This document shows positions 20,131 through 30,104 of a stretch of 64,000 nucleotides of DNA, in pieces. The stretch comes from a virus: positions 1 through 64,000 of the IMG/VR virus record IMGVR_UViG_3300025141_016680; one strand, given 5' to 3'. The notes below the pieces were generated by a model, which saw only the letters and a list, made by a program, of their open reading frames with translations, was not told where the DNA came from and searched no databases. Each line of letters begins with the position of its first letter. Position 1 is the stretch's first letter. The translations under genes and the position numbers were made by a program.

Positions 20131-20970
20131 CTAGTACGGCTTATAATAAACACCAGCATTATCAATTGATAAGATATTATGTTCATTTAGTTTCTCTCTA
20201 ACATAATCTTGCAACACATACTTTTCATTTTTATTCTGTCTAACTTGTCTTTGAATTGCACCCATTGTTGACATTTCAGTAAAAAGACTTCTTACTTTAC
20301 CAAAAACAAAAAATACTGAATATCGATTTTGACCGCGTGCTTTCAGAATAGAATTTTCATAATCTGTGCCCTTATGAACGAGCCTTGGATCAAATACAAT
20401 TGCATCACCAACAGAGGCCCTGATATCAATTCCTGGATCCTGGTTTGGATATCGCTTATCAAATTTATGTAGATGTGTTCCTGGCCTCACTGAAAGACCG
20501 TCAGGATTATCCTCATGATCTTGCAAGTATAGCGCGACACGCATCATCTCATACTTTTCTGGTATTGTTTCATCTCCGTGCTTGATCTGATATACTTGAA
20601 ATGGATCGATTCCCTGGTGCTGATTTCCCTCCTTAAAGTGCTTCATCTGATTGTCCTCGTGCCAAACGCTCGAAAAATTTATGTGTGCATCAAAGTGATC
20701 ACCGTACATGATATCATCCTGCCATACATACCGCATAAAGTTATAGACATTTGGCAAATCAAAAACTGCTGTCATGTCTTTAAAATGAGGATTGTTAATC
20801 GCATTTGGAATTGCTCCTCTTCTACCTGGTGGGAGATGAGATAAGATATTATCTGAATCTTTTCTCCATTCATCAATTGTGCTAGTTAGGTTTAGCAAAT
20901 TTTCCCTTGGTACTTCATTTTTAAAGATGATGTATCCTTCTTTTAAAAAGTTTTCTTTTAAAGTTTCCAT
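20131..20970 (-). CDS. PhyH-like 2OG-Fe(II) dioxygenase
   Basis: FLKEGYIIF, WHED (HxD), ALYLQD, GLSVRPGTH, GDAIVFDPRLVHKG, RYSVFFVF. Confidence 0.75.
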   Translation of the reverse strand: METLKENFLKEGYIIFKNEVPRENLLNLTSTIDEWRKDSDNILSHLPPGRRGAIPNAINNPHFKDMTAVFDLPNVYNFMRYVWQDDIMYGDHFDAHINFSSVWHEDNQMKHFKEGNQHQGIDPFQVYQIKHGDETIPEKYEMMRVALYLQDHEDNPDGLSVRPGTHLHKFDKRYPNQDPGIDIRASVGDAIVFDPRLVHKGTDYENSILKARGQNRYSVFFVFGKVRSLFTEMSTMGAIQRQVRQNKNEKYVLQDYVREKLNEHNILSIDNAGVYYKPY

Positions 20971-21004
20971 ATTTTTCCTTCTTTTAAAGTTTCCATATTT
21001 TTCC
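20953..21004. repeat. Perfect 26-bp tandem duplication covering the RBS and start codon
   Basis: ttcttttaaagtttccatatttttcc occurs at 20953-20978 and 20979-21004. Confidence 0.95.
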
Positions 21005-21690
21005 TACCATGCTGTCCACCCCCCGTCAACTGGAATTACAGTTCCATTAATATATCTCCCACCATCTGAGCATAGCAGAGCTACTAGTCCGCAAACATCT
21101 TTTGCACTAGCCATTCTACCCATTGGAGTGTGATTGCAATATCTTTCCCTAAAGACAGGATCCATATATTCATTATCAACACCTCCAGGACAAATTGTAT
21201 TTGCAGTGACACGAGGTGCGAAGTGAGTCGCAATATATTTTGTTAATCCTGTAACTGCGTGCTTTGAAGTAACATATCCTACATGCTTAACAGATATGGG
21301 ATATATTGATTTTTTTGGTGATGTTATTCCATAAAGTGAACTAAAATTAACAATTTCAAGATCACCATGATTATTTTTTATAAACTCTCTACATACTGAA
21401 AATAGTGCTGTAACATTGCACTCATGATATGCGTTTAGATCATTTTTATCAATTTCTAAAAAATCATTAACGCACTTGACATTTTTATCCATGTGATGAT
21501 TCATTCCAAATAGATTTATAAGTGAATCAGCATTATTTTTACTGAAAAAATCTTTAACTTGATCTTCATCTGTCAGGTCTACACCTAAAGAAAGATCTAC
21601 TCTTATCACATCATAGCCACTTTCTTCAAGGTGCTTACTAACAACAGAGCCTATTAAGCCCTCTGATCCTGTTATTATTACTGTTCGCAT
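21004..21690 (-). CDS. SDR oxidoreductase (PtmA/ElaC-like)
   Basis: TGSEGLIG, NFSSLYG, YVTSK, ICPGGV, TPMGRMA, VDGGWTAW. Confidence 0.85.
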   Translation of the reverse strand: MRTVIITGSEGLIGSVVSKHLEESGYDVIRVDLSLGVDLTDEDQVKDFFSKNNADSLINLFGMNHHMDKNVKCVNDFLEIDKNDLNAYHECNVTALFSVCREFIKNNHGDLEIVNFSSLYGITSPKKSIYPISVKHVGYVTSKHAVTGLTKYIATHFAPRVTANTICPGGVDNEYMDPVFRERYCNHTPMGRMASAKDVCGLVALLCSDGGRYINGTVIPVDGGWTAW

Positions 21691-22526
21691 GTGTCCAATA
21701 TAAGGCTTGCTAGATTGTACTCACTCTTATTGTTAGTTGTATCACTATTTTCTACCCTATTGAAAAAATTTATAATTTCTCTTCTAAAAGATTCATTTCT
21801 TGGAAATTTAATACTATTAAAATCATAGATTTTTTGTTGTCCGTTTTTGTGAGTTATTTTAAGTGTGCATTCTTTATCTTCACTATCCATAATTGATGAA
21901 TATTTTACAGGTATTCCAGAACAGTCTAGCTCTGCAAAAAATGAACTATCTGCAGGAATATCAAGAATATATTGTTTTTTTCTTGATACGACTTTAAAGC
22001 TTCCAAATAGCTGGTATATTAAATCTAATCCATGACACAGTGTTAGTGCGACACCATCATGTGCAGCGTATGTGTTTCTATAATCCTCCCAGGGATGCCA
22101 ATTTGGTAAAAAGTCTGAATGGGTCCATGTGACTTCATCCACATCAGATGAATCAATCTTTTGATAAATGTCGTGATAGCGAAGATTGAACCCTATTTGA
22201 AACACTCTATCATCTCTGAGGTTTTTTAACACCTGTAAATCTTCGACTCTTGTTACAGCTGGCTTTTCAACAAAAATATGACTATTTGAAAAAGTAGAAA
22301 TATATTCTGCATGCGTGTCACTTGGAGAACATATAATTGTCACGTCTGGATTCCATGATTTTGCTTCATCACAGTCATAAAAATATTGTGCAAATCTAAA
22401 CTCTGGTCTCTCTGCTCTTCGTAGGAATCCTATTCGAAGAGACGGATCAAGATCTGTTACTATATTTGTTGCATGACGAATCCCAGTTGATCCGTGTCCG
22501 ACTATTAAAACCTTTTCTATACTCAT
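21678..22526 (-). CDS. Gfo/Idh/MocA oxidoreductase (PtmF/ElaA-like)
   Basis: IVGHGSTGIRH, IFVEKP, IGFNLRY, LPNWHPWEDYRNTYAA, HGLDL. Confidence 0.85.
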   Translation of the reverse strand: MSIEKVLIVGHGSTGIRHATNIVTDLDPSLRIGFLRRAERPEFRFAQYFYDCDEAKSWNPDVTIICSPSDTHAEYISTFSNSHIFVEKPAVTRVEDLQVLKNLRDDRVFQIGFNLRYHDIYQKIDSSDVDEVTWTHSDFLPNWHPWEDYRNTYAAHDGVALTLCHGLDLIYQLFGSFKVVSRKKQYILDIPADSSFFAELDCSGIPVKYSSIMDSEDKECTLKITHKNGQQKIYDFNSIKFPRNESFRREIINFFNRVENSDTTNNKSEYNLASLILDTCEQ

Positions 22527-23170
22527 AGAACGTAATTTGATGCTGCACCATCAAAGTTAATTGTTACACCGCTAAGATAACTGATATCATTTTCAACAAG
22601 GGCAGAAACAAATCTTCCGATTTCTTCTGGGTCTGCTGCCCTCTTCATGGGTAAAGTTCTTTCAAAGCTCTCCATGTCTGAAACTAGATTGTAAAGTCTA
22701 TCTGTCTTAATCGGCCCTGGAGCAATATTGATACAACTAATTCCTCTTTCTGCCAGAAGCTTTGACACAGACTTTAAGACACTGACGAATGCCATTCTAA
22801 AAGAATTTGACAATACTAGGTCTGGATTTGGCTCCTTTATATTAAAAGAAGAAACTAGAAAAACATATCCGTTGTCTCTTATTTTAGATTTTTGCAACAT
22901 TAGACAAAATCCTAAAAATAGCTGTCTATAATACTTGTCCCACTCAGACATCTCTATGTCAAAAAAAGATTTTGCTGGGGGACCTCCTGTATTGAGGACC
23001 AAAATATCAATCTCTCCCTGACCCTCTACAAATCTTAAGACTGCATTAGTGTCCCCTGTGTCTAAATCCTCACTAGAGGTTGCAGTTACATCATACCCTA
23101 AGCCGTCGAGCGAATTAGCAATTGCTCTGCCAATTCCTCTAGATCCTGCCAGTACTGTTGCTCTCTTCAT
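22523..23170 (-). CDS. SDR oxidoreductase (atypical)
   Basis: AGSRGIG, NTGGPP, LVLSNSFR, IAPGPIKTDR, FDG. Confidence 0.85.
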   Translation of the reverse strand: MKRATVLAGSRGIGRAIANSLDGLGYDVTATSSEDLDTGDTNAVLRFVEGQGEIDILVLNTGGPPAKSFFDIEMSEWDKYYRQLFLGFCLMLQKSKIRDNGYVFLVSSFNIKEPNPDLVLSNSFRMAFVSVLKSVSKLLAERGISCINIAPGPIKTDRLYNLVSDMESFERTLPMKRAADPEEIGRFVSALVENDISYLSGVTINFDGAASNYVL

Positions 23171-23928
23171 TCCATTCCCTTAATTTGATTTTCTATACCA
23201 GACTTAACACCCGTTCCAAGTGCCTGTGATAATTCTAATATGTTTATTACAAAATTATCAATAGAATAGATAGAAATTGCGTGATTTTCATCCGGATGCT
23301 TAGTAGAATTAAATCGAAGACCCTTAACATATACAAAAAAGTCACTTGGCTGAAAAGCGAGAGCTGTATATAGCACATTTAGGTTTTCACAATGATTTCC
23401 AAATCCCACGGGTAGATTAAATTTCTTTCTCATCTCTTTAATCATTCTTAAATTCTGATCAGCACTATGGGTCAGCTGTGTGTGTATTAGTGAGATTTGA
23501 TTTCTTTGATCTGTAAATCTCTCTAGCATTGTGTCTATGTCTTCCATCGGGCTCATACCTGTGGAAACATACACATTTTTGGTCGTATTGAGGACCTTTG
23601 TTAGCAGTTTTTTATTTGAAAGATCCTTGCTTAAGATTTTATAAAAATCAACGTCTAGGGATTCAAAAAAATCAATCTTTTTTATATCACTTATTGCAAT
23701 TCCTACCTTTTTATTACTTGATCTTATTTGAGGAATTACATTCTTATAAAATTTATCACTTAGTAAAAAAGACTGCCATTTCACCTTTTTATAGAATCTT
23801 TTCTCTCTTACTTGAAAGGTAATGGCATCAATCTTACTCTTTGAAAGACGATCAACATATGTTTTCGCATATTCTTCGTCACCCATGTGATTGATTCCAA
23901 CCTCAGCGACTATCATCCTTTCTCCCAA
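23167..23928 (-). CDS. Divergent second NeuB-family synthase
   Basis: VAEVGINHMGD, FYKILS, VSTGM and VGFGNH are present. The SxYP and EKH motifs are missing. Confidence 0.75.
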   Translation of the reverse strand: MGERMIVAEVGINHMGDEEYAKTYVDRLSKSKIDAITFQVREKRFYKKVKWQSFLLSDKFYKNVIPQIRSSNKKVGIAISDIKKIDFFESLDVDFYKILSKDLSNKKLLTKVLNTTKNVYVSTGMSPMEDIDTMLERFTDQRNQISLIHTQLTHSADQNLRMIKEMRKKFNLPVGFGNHCENLNVLYTALAFQPSDFFVYVKGLRFNSTKHPDENHAISIYSIDNFVINILELSQALGTGVKSGIENQIKGME

Positions 23929-24568
23929 TTAGATTTCTAATTAATTCTAAATCATCTTCTGTATCTACTTGAAAGCTTTGGGCGAGGGGCATTTCGACCA
24001 CACCCATATTTCCACCATATCTCACTCCAGAACTTAAAAGCTGCTCCCTGGTCGTGAGATAAAAAGCACCATTTTCAAGATAGGTTTCAGGTTTCATCTG
24101 CCTTCGAGGTCTCTGTGATGGAATCCAATCAATTGGGTCGAGTTCGAGTGACCACCGTGGAATCCAGTGCTCTCTCTGAACACTGAATACTGAGTCATAT
24201 CTTTTTTCTCTCATCATTTGTAGACCGATTTCTAGATACTCTACTTCAAGCAACGGAGAAGTCGCCTGTATAAATGCAAGCACGTCGAACTCAACATTTT
24301 CTGCAAAATGAAGTAAAGCAGCTTCACACTTTGATGTATCTTTAGATATCTCTTCCGGTCGCATTATAACATTGGCACCGAAGTCCTTGCATGCTTTTGC
24401 AATTTCTTCATCATCTGTGCTGACCCAGGTCTCATCTATTGAAGAAAATAATGAATTATTGACCGCATAAAAAACAAGAGGCTTATCATCAATAAGAACC
24501 ATGTTCTTTTTTGGAATTCCCTTTGAGCCTCCTCTTGCCAGTGTAATGGAAACAATTTTCATCACCAC
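23903..24568 (-). CDS. neuA: CMP-nonulosonate synthetase (acylneuraminate cytidylyltransferase)
   Basis: ARGGSKGIPKKN, VSTDD, QATSPL, RPRRQ, ENGAFY, VDTEDD. Confidence 0.9.
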   Translation of the reverse strand: MVMKIVSITLARGGSKGIPKKNMVLIDDKPLVFYAVNNSLFSSIDETWVSTDDEEIAKACKDFGANVIMRPEEISKDTSKCEAALLHFAENVEFDVLAFIQATSPLLEVEYLEIGLQMMREKRYDSVFSVQREHWIPRWSLELDPIDWIPSQRPRRQMKPETYLENGAFYLTTREQLLSSGVRYGGNMGVVEMPLAQSFQVDTEDDLELIRNLIGRKDDSR

Positions 24569-25275
24569 CTCCGAAGGTTTAAATACGACAAAAGAGTTGA
24601 CTTCTCCTCATTGCACATTTCTTGTACTTCTCTTAGCTGATCGAAGCTATCAACATCCACATTTGGTTGTGTCACATAACCGAGAATATTATTGCCAAAT
24701 GTCATTCCTGCTTCCAGGGTAACTTTTTGCACAACATCAAGATAGCCGTTCCCTCTGTATGTTGCAGGAAAAATCTGTCTGGGGAGATTAGTATAATCCT
24801 CCTGATGGTTGAAAGATTCAAAAAATCCTTTGCAGTACTGGCCCTCCATTTTAAACAGCTTATATGGTGTTTCATCAACTTCATGAATTGTTCTTAATCC
24901 GGTTGCATCTACACTATTTTCACAATAAAATTTAATTATTTTAGACATTAGTGAAGGATTTCTTAGAGGTGTAGTCGGTCTTACAAGTGCCACCTCAGTT
25001 GCATCTGAATTATCAAAGAAATGTAATAGAAACTCTGAATCGGGAGAAGTATCAGTTGCAAATTCTGCAGGTCTCTTGAAGGGAACTGTTGCACCATACT
25101 TTCTCGCTACATCCATTATTTCATCGTTATCTGTGGTTACTACAACTTGATCTATTTGATCACAGAGCATGCATGCAGCAATTGAATATGAAATCAGAGG
25201 ATGACCAGAAACTATTTGTATGTTCTTTCGAGGAATGCCACGACTGCCACCCCTGGCTGGGATGAGTGCTATCAC
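24562..25275 (-). CDS. neuA: Second acylneuraminate cytidylyltransferase
   Basis: IPARGGSRGIPRKN, VPFKRP, RPTTPLR, LPRQ, GNGYLD, DVDS. Confidence 0.88.
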   Translation of the reverse strand: MIALIPARGGSRGIPRKNIQIVSGHPLISYSIAACMLCDQIDQVVVTTDNDEIMDVARKYGATVPFKRPAEFATDTSPDSEFLLHFFDNSDATEVALVRPTTPLRNPSLMSKIIKFYCENSVDATGLRTIHEVDETPYKLFKMEGQYCKGFFESFNHQEDYTNLPRQIFPATYRGNGYLDVVQKVTLEAGMTFGNNILGYVTQPNVDVDSFDQLREVQEMCNEEKSTLLSYLNLRRW

Positions 25276-25276
25276 T

Positions 25277-26014
25277 TTATACGAATACCTTTGGTAAATC
25301 GTATAGACTATTCTCTGTGTTTACAAGGAAGATATCAATTTCTGCCTTGAGATCATTCATATGATGAGCATATGGAATGTAATCGTGACGGGTTCTATTT
25401 TTAGCGGTTACAATTCTACTTGAAGGAGGATGAGAATAGTTGTGGGATTGGCCTCCGTCAAAGCCAGAGAGAAATACTCTTCCTGCTCCAAAGTATTGTG
25501 CCAGCTTTATGCACCATAGCCCAGCATTAAACCACCTCTCTCCGATTACATCACCCACAGATACAGTGGTCTCTGGAGTTGGGCTACTTGCCTTGTATAT
25601 TTTATTTTTTCTTCCAAGGGATTCCCACTCATAGGTTAGTGCATTGAGATATTCATTTACAGGTATGTCTCCCACCCACACGTCTCGATGATGGAGAGGA
25701 TTCAATGCAAACTGCCTCTCATGTTCAAACTTTTCCCTATTACCATTGTGAGACTCTACCTCTGTTATTAGTTGTGATAGAATCATATGACTTGTACTTA
25801 AATCTACATTGTTCTTCTTATACCACATTATTGCAAGAGGATCATGAAGCAAATGAAGGTCATATCGATTTTGCGGTTGGCGATAATTGCAGCCCAAGAC
25901 AACTCGACTCTTTGTAAATTCTTTTCCTAGATTTTCAGATGAGGGCCCGCCGCCAACAATTACTAGATCGTCTCCTCCCAGAAATCCCTTTAGTTCACTT
26001 ATGCTACTATACAT
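25277..26014 (-). CDS. Maf/DUF115-like or sialyltransferase-like protein
   Basis: LVIVGGGPS...VLGCN...LAQYFGAGRVFLSGFDG resembles the pattern shared by Maf_flag10/MptE-like and CstII-like transferases. Adjacent to neuA. Confidence 0.6.
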   Translation of the reverse strand: MYSSISELKGFLGGDDLVIVGGGPSSENLGKEFTKSRVVLGCNYRQPQNRYDLHLLHDPLAIMWYKKNNVDLSTSHMILSQLITEVESHNGNREKFEHERQFALNPLHHRDVWVGDIPVNEYLNALTYEWESLGRKNKIYKASSPTPETTVSVGDVIGERWFNAGLWCIKLAQYFGAGRVFLSGFDGGQSHNYSHPPSSRIVTAKNRTRHDYIPYAHHMNDLKAEIDIFLVNTENSLYDLPKVFV

Positions 26015-26927
26015 TTTCTTCCATGTGATTCAATATTCTTATGCTTGAACTTTCTGTATATAGGAATCTATTTTTTGCACCCTCCTCATAGAATTCCTCA
26101 AGCATTCTGTAATTTTTATTTGGAATGTTTATCATCGGACGCTCCATCATCACAGACTCCTTAACAGCAGTTGAGTCTGTTCCAACAACTTCTTCTGATA
26201 TGTGCATTAACTCAAGGGAGGTTGGCGGAAACCATGTCATATCATAAAAGCATAAAAATTTCTCAAAATCTTGCTGCCAAAACTGATGCTTGCCTCTTGA
26301 CTTTAAGATTGGAATTTTCCCCTCAGCTACGATATTCTCACAAATCGCGTCCATGTCAAAATCTCTTCTATGTTCAGGTCTCGGATACATGATCATTGTG
26401 TATCTGTGTTCTGGATCTAATCCATATTTTTGACAAATAAGGTCTCTATCAAGAGAGATATCGTATTTTGGTGAGCCTAGAAATAGATTTTTTGGATTAT
26501 TCTGAATGTTGTTGTCAATGCAGTTTTGTGCACCCGCATTCCAGCTAGATATAGGCTTTCTAGCTGCCTCACTTACCATGTCTACAAACCATCTACTGGG
26601 AAACACGACATAGTCAACTTTATCGATGTAGCTTGGGTAGAGGCTAATATAGTCCAGCAAAACAGTCAGTGTGTAGTTGGCCATTTCTGGTCGCAATTCA
26701 CATCCCTCGATTGTTACACAAACGTCACCTGTATCGCCGTATTCCATATCATAGTGATGCATCAAAGCCTCAATTTGTGCCCTATTGTCTGGAATAGACA
26801 CTCCGTTATACTTAAATCCTTCTGTCACTTCAAAAAGAGGTGTGTGACCTCGTGACTTAGCCTCAATGGCAAGAGGCATGAAATATCTCAAAGCTACACA
26901 ATCATGAAAGGGAAATAGAATTTTCAT
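26007..26927 (-). CDS. Putative GT-B transferase (nonulosonate/glycerophosphotransferase-like)
   Basis: LFLGSPKYD and VVGTDSTAVKESVMMERPMIN. Sits next to the NulO genes. Confidence 0.5.
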   Translation of the reverse strand: MKILFPFHDCVALRYFMPLAIEAKSRGHTPLFEVTEGFKYNGVSIPDNRAQIEALMHHYDMEYGDTGDVCVTIEGCELRPEMANYTLTVLLDYISLYPSYIDKVDYVVFPSRWFVDMVSEAARKPISSWNAGAQNCIDNNIQNNPKNLFLGSPKYDISLDRDLICQKYGLDPEHRYTMIMYPRPEHRRDFDMDAICENIVAEGKIPILKSRGKHQFWQQDFEKFLCFYDMTWFPPTSLELMHISEEVVGTDSTAVKESVMMERPMINIPNKNYRMLEEFYEEGAKNRFLYTESSSIRILNHMEENV

Positions 26928-27613
26928 TTATGGCCCACAGCAAGAATCATTTTCTCTTTTGAAAACCTAATAAGCTTTCTGTCCTTTGTGTTTGCCATAT
27001 CTTTATTTTTCCACTTAAGAGAATCAGGAAGAAGTGATATAACAGGAGGAAAGATCTTCATCCAAGAATGCTTCCAGGTAAATGGTAATTGATAAAAATG
27101 CTCACAACACCTCACATCAAATCCATAAATCTTTAGACAATTTTTCATCGACTTAACAGTAAAAGGCTGGACATGTGTAAAGTCGTCATAAAAGTTTTTC
27201 ATTTGGCTAACCCAGTCAGGAGTCATGCAAATAAAAATCCCGCCTGGCTTTAAGACACGATAAGCCTCAGAGAAAAAGTTTTCTGTATTTCTCACATGCT
27301 CACACACAGATTTACTAAAAATAAAGTCAAAAAAATTATCTTCAAAAGGTAAGCTGTCTAGTTCAAAATCACATGCACATATCTTAAATTCAGAATTTTT
27401 CACTACTTCACTATCTACACCGAACCCATTTGCTGATAGTGCATTACAAAGGTGCTTTAGCTGGACCCCTTTTCCGCAACCAATATCAAGGATATTGTCG
27501 CAATCACCAGAATCCCAAAATCTATTGACCAAATAATCACATAGCTTTTCTGGATAGCTATTTTTTAAATCTTCTGGGTATATGGTTTCTAGATAGCTCA
27601 TCTTATTTAACAC
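26924..27613 (-). CDS. Class I SAM-dependent methyltransferase
   Basis: ILDIGCGKG, LPFEDNFFDFIFSKSVCEH, RVLKPGG. Confidence 0.9.
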   Translation of the reverse strand: MLNKMSYLETIYPEDLKNSYPEKLCDYLVNRFWDSGDCDNILDIGCGKGVQLKHLCNALSANGFGVDSEVVKNSEFKICACDFELDSLPFEDNFFDFIFSKSVCEHVRNTENFFSEAYRVLKPGGIFICMTPDWVSQMKNFYDDFTHVQPFTVKSMKNCLKIYGFDVRCCEHFYQLPFTWKHSWMKIFPPVISLLPDSLKWKNKDMANTKDRKLIRFSKEKMILAVGHK

Positions 27614-28232
27614 AGCTTAAGAGAATATAAAGTTGTGGACTATCCTCCCAAAGTGAAAGCATATCAACCATTACTGATTTAAACAAACCAGATAGTTTCT
27701 CAGGTGATAGAACACAGGGAACCTCATCATTGATAGCTTTTTCAAGATCATCGTAGTTCTTTTTCTTAATCCATTCTGCAAATTTTTGACATTCTGAATG
27801 CTTTAGAAAGCTGTTATGCCATAGAGTTGACCACAAAAAATTATCCTCTCCATAGCAATATTCATGCTCTTCATTCTTTACCCAACCCACCTTGTACTCT
27901 TCAAATCTCCAATGATCTCCCAGCCCCCAGTCAATTAATAGATGACCATTATCATTCAGCATTTTATAACAGTTTGCGATAAACTTTTCGGGATCTTTTG
28001 CAAAATATGCGCATCTAGTACAAATTACAGCATCATACTTTTTGTCTATATTCCATTCTTCATCATTAATATTCCAATTTCCCAATGATAAATCATAAAA
28101 ATCACGATCTAGTCCATTGACAATTCTTGAAAAATTATTCTCACCGTTAAATCCCAAAAATGCAATTGACTTCTGATCAGTCTTTGCATGAGATAAATAC
28201 CATTTAAATAGAATAGGATCTGACTTACCCAC
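27603..28232 (-). CDS. Divergent methyltransferase-like protein
   Basis: KYDAVICTR...DPEKFI...MLNDNGHLLID. Motif I is degenerate. Confidence 0.55.
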   Translation of the reverse strand: MGKSDPILFKWYLSHAKTDQKSIAFLGFNGENNFSRIVNGLDRDFYDLSLGNWNINDEEWNIDKKYDAVICTRCAYFAKDPEKFIANCYKMLNDNGHLLIDWGLGDHWRFEEYKVGWVKNEEHEYCYGEDNFLWSTLWHNSFLKHSECQKFAEWIKKKNYDDLEKAINDEVPCVLSPEKLSGLFKSVMVDMLSLWEDSPQLYILLSCVK

Positions 28233-29200
28233 TATTGCCTCTTTGATTCTTTCTCAAGGTCATATTCAAACATTAACCTAACAAGCTCTTTAAAGTCTAC
28301 CTTGGGATGCCAACCTAGCTTCATTCTAGCCTTCGATGGTTCTCCCAGCAGCAAGGGTACCTCACTTGGTCTAAATAACCTCTTGTCTATTTTGACATGC
28401 TTTTTAATATCAAGGTTTGCTAATTTGAATGTTTCCTCTAAGAATTCCCTGACTGTATGCGTTTTTCCTGTTGCAATAACATAATCATCCGGATCATCCT
28501 GTTGCAGCATAAGCCACATCGCCTCAACGTAGTCACCAGCAAATCCCCAATCTCTTTTGGCATCCAGATTTCCTAAATACAAGTCATCTTGAAGTCCCAG
28601 CTTTATTCTCGCTGCTGCCTTTGTTATTTTTCTAGTAACAAATGTCTCACCCCTTCGTGGAGATTCATGATTAAAGAGAATTCCCGAAGATGCGTGCATG
28701 GCATAAGCGTCCCTAAAGTTATTCACTAAATGGTGACTAAATACTTTTGCGCATGCATAGGGAGAGGCAGGCATAAATCTGGTATCTTCATCTTGCGGTG
28801 CTTCAGTATTTACCCCAAACATCTCTGACGAGCTTGCTTGATAAAATCTTAGGCCCTCTATTCCAGAGCACGCCTCTAACAAGCGCAGTGTTCCTAGTGC
28901 TACACTACTAATTGTTTCCTCTGGAACATCAAATGATACACGAACATGTGACTGTGCTGCAAGATTATAAACTTCATCAGGCTGATATTGATGTATTAAG
29001 CCGTGCAATCTTCCAGCATCATGCATATTGCCATATACAAGATGAAAATGTGTATTTTTCATTAGGTGATCGATTCTATCCGTGCATATCAATGAAGTTC
29101 GCCTCTTCATTCCAATCACCTCATAGCCTTTCTTAAGGAGAAGCTCTGCCAAATATGAGCCATCCTGACCTGTTACACCTGTTATGAATGCTGTTTTCAT
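28232..29200 (-). CDS. gmd: GDP-mannose 4,6-dehydratase
   Basis: [59 protein letters not shown]. Start taken at MKTAF. Confidence 0.95.
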   Translation of the reverse strand: MKTAFITGVTGQDGSYLAELLLKKGYEVIGMKRRTSLICTDRIDHLMKNTHFHLVYGNMHDAGRLHGLIHQYQPDEVYNLAAQSHVRVSFDVPEETISSVALGTLRLLEACSGIEGLRFYQASSSEMFGVNTEAPQDEDTRFMPASPYACAKVFSHHLVNNFRDAYAMHASSGILFNHESPRRGETFVTRKITKAAARIKLGLQDDLYLGNLDAKRDWGFAGDYVEAMWLMLQQDDPDDYVIATGKTHTVREFLEETFKLANLDIKKHVKIDKRLFRPSEVPLLLGEPSKARMKLGWHPKVDFKELVRLMFEYDLEKESKRQ

Positions 29201-30096
29201 TAATCTCTCCCACAGTACCATTCGTATGTTTCATTTACGCCATTTTCAAAGCTTGTAAATTCAAACTCACCGATTAATTCACGAAGCCTCTTATTGGATC
29301 CATCTTTTCTAAATTGACCGTCCAGTTTTTGATTAAACATTGCTTTTAAATTTTTACCTGATGCTTTTATCAAACAATTTGCCATCTCTTCTATGGATAA
29401 ATTTTGGTCTGGAGCAACTATTATAGGGAGGCTTGTATTGTGAGAATCAAGCAATTTTGGTATTATCTTGCAAAGATCACGTGAAAATAATTGCTGTCTC
29501 AAAGGCTTTCCTGTTCCCCATAAATCAATTGTATCTCCATCACTAGATCTAGCAACCTTTGAAATAAGTGATGCAACAAAGTGAGAAGACTCTGTATCAA
29601 AATGATCCTCTGGTCCGTAGAGGTTAGAGGGACAAAATGTTGAAAAATTTAATCCGTACTGTTCTCTATAAGCAGCTGATTGAACGTGAAGCATCCTCTT
29701 AGAAAACCCATAAGAAAAATTAGTAGGTGCTGGGGGACCGTCAAATAGGCTTTCTTCACAGAAGGGATATTGTGAAACCACATTAGGAAAAGCACATGTG
29801 CTGAGAGATGAAAGCACCCGGTTGACCCCTGCAAGATATGCGCAATGCAAAACATTATTATTAATGGTTACATTCTTGTGAAAAAAGTCAGCTTGGTTTT
29901 CTGCGTTTTCTTTAATTCCGCCTACTCTAGCAGCCAAATGAACCACTGCTTCGGGATCGATATCTTTAAACATTTGTAAGCATTCATCCTGACTGATCAG
30001 ATTATAATCTTTTGAAGACACATAAGCCCAATCCGGCTGGATAGCTTGCAAATTTTTTCCAATAAATCCATTTCCACCTGTTACAAGAACTTTCAT
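29200..30096 (-). CDS. GDP-fucose synthase / GDP-colitose synthase (Fcl/ColC family)
   Basis: [47 protein letters not shown]. Confidence 0.88.
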   Translation of the reverse strand: MKVLVTGGNGFIGKNLQAIQPDWAYVSSKDYNLISQDECLQMFKDIDPEAVVHLAARVGGIKENAENQADFFHKNVTINNNVLHCAYLAGVNRVLSSLSTCAFPNVVSQYPFCEESLFDGPPAPTNFSYGFSKRMLHVQSAAYREQYGLNFSTFCPSNLYGPEDHFDTESSHFVASLISKVARSSDGDTIDLWGTGKPLRQQLFSRDLCKIIPKLLDSHNTSLPIIVAPDQNLSIEEMANCLIKASGKNLKAMFNQKLDGQFRKDGSNKRLRELIGEFEFTSFENGVNETYEWYCGRD

Positions 30097-30104
30097 TTTT
30101 AATC

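Noticed and set aside
20131-20970. TET/JBP-type DNA hypermodification dioxygenase
   Set aside because: The motifs fit the PhyH family, and no DNA methylase or hydroxymethylase is nearby. DNA as the glycan acceptor is not excluded but is unsupported here.
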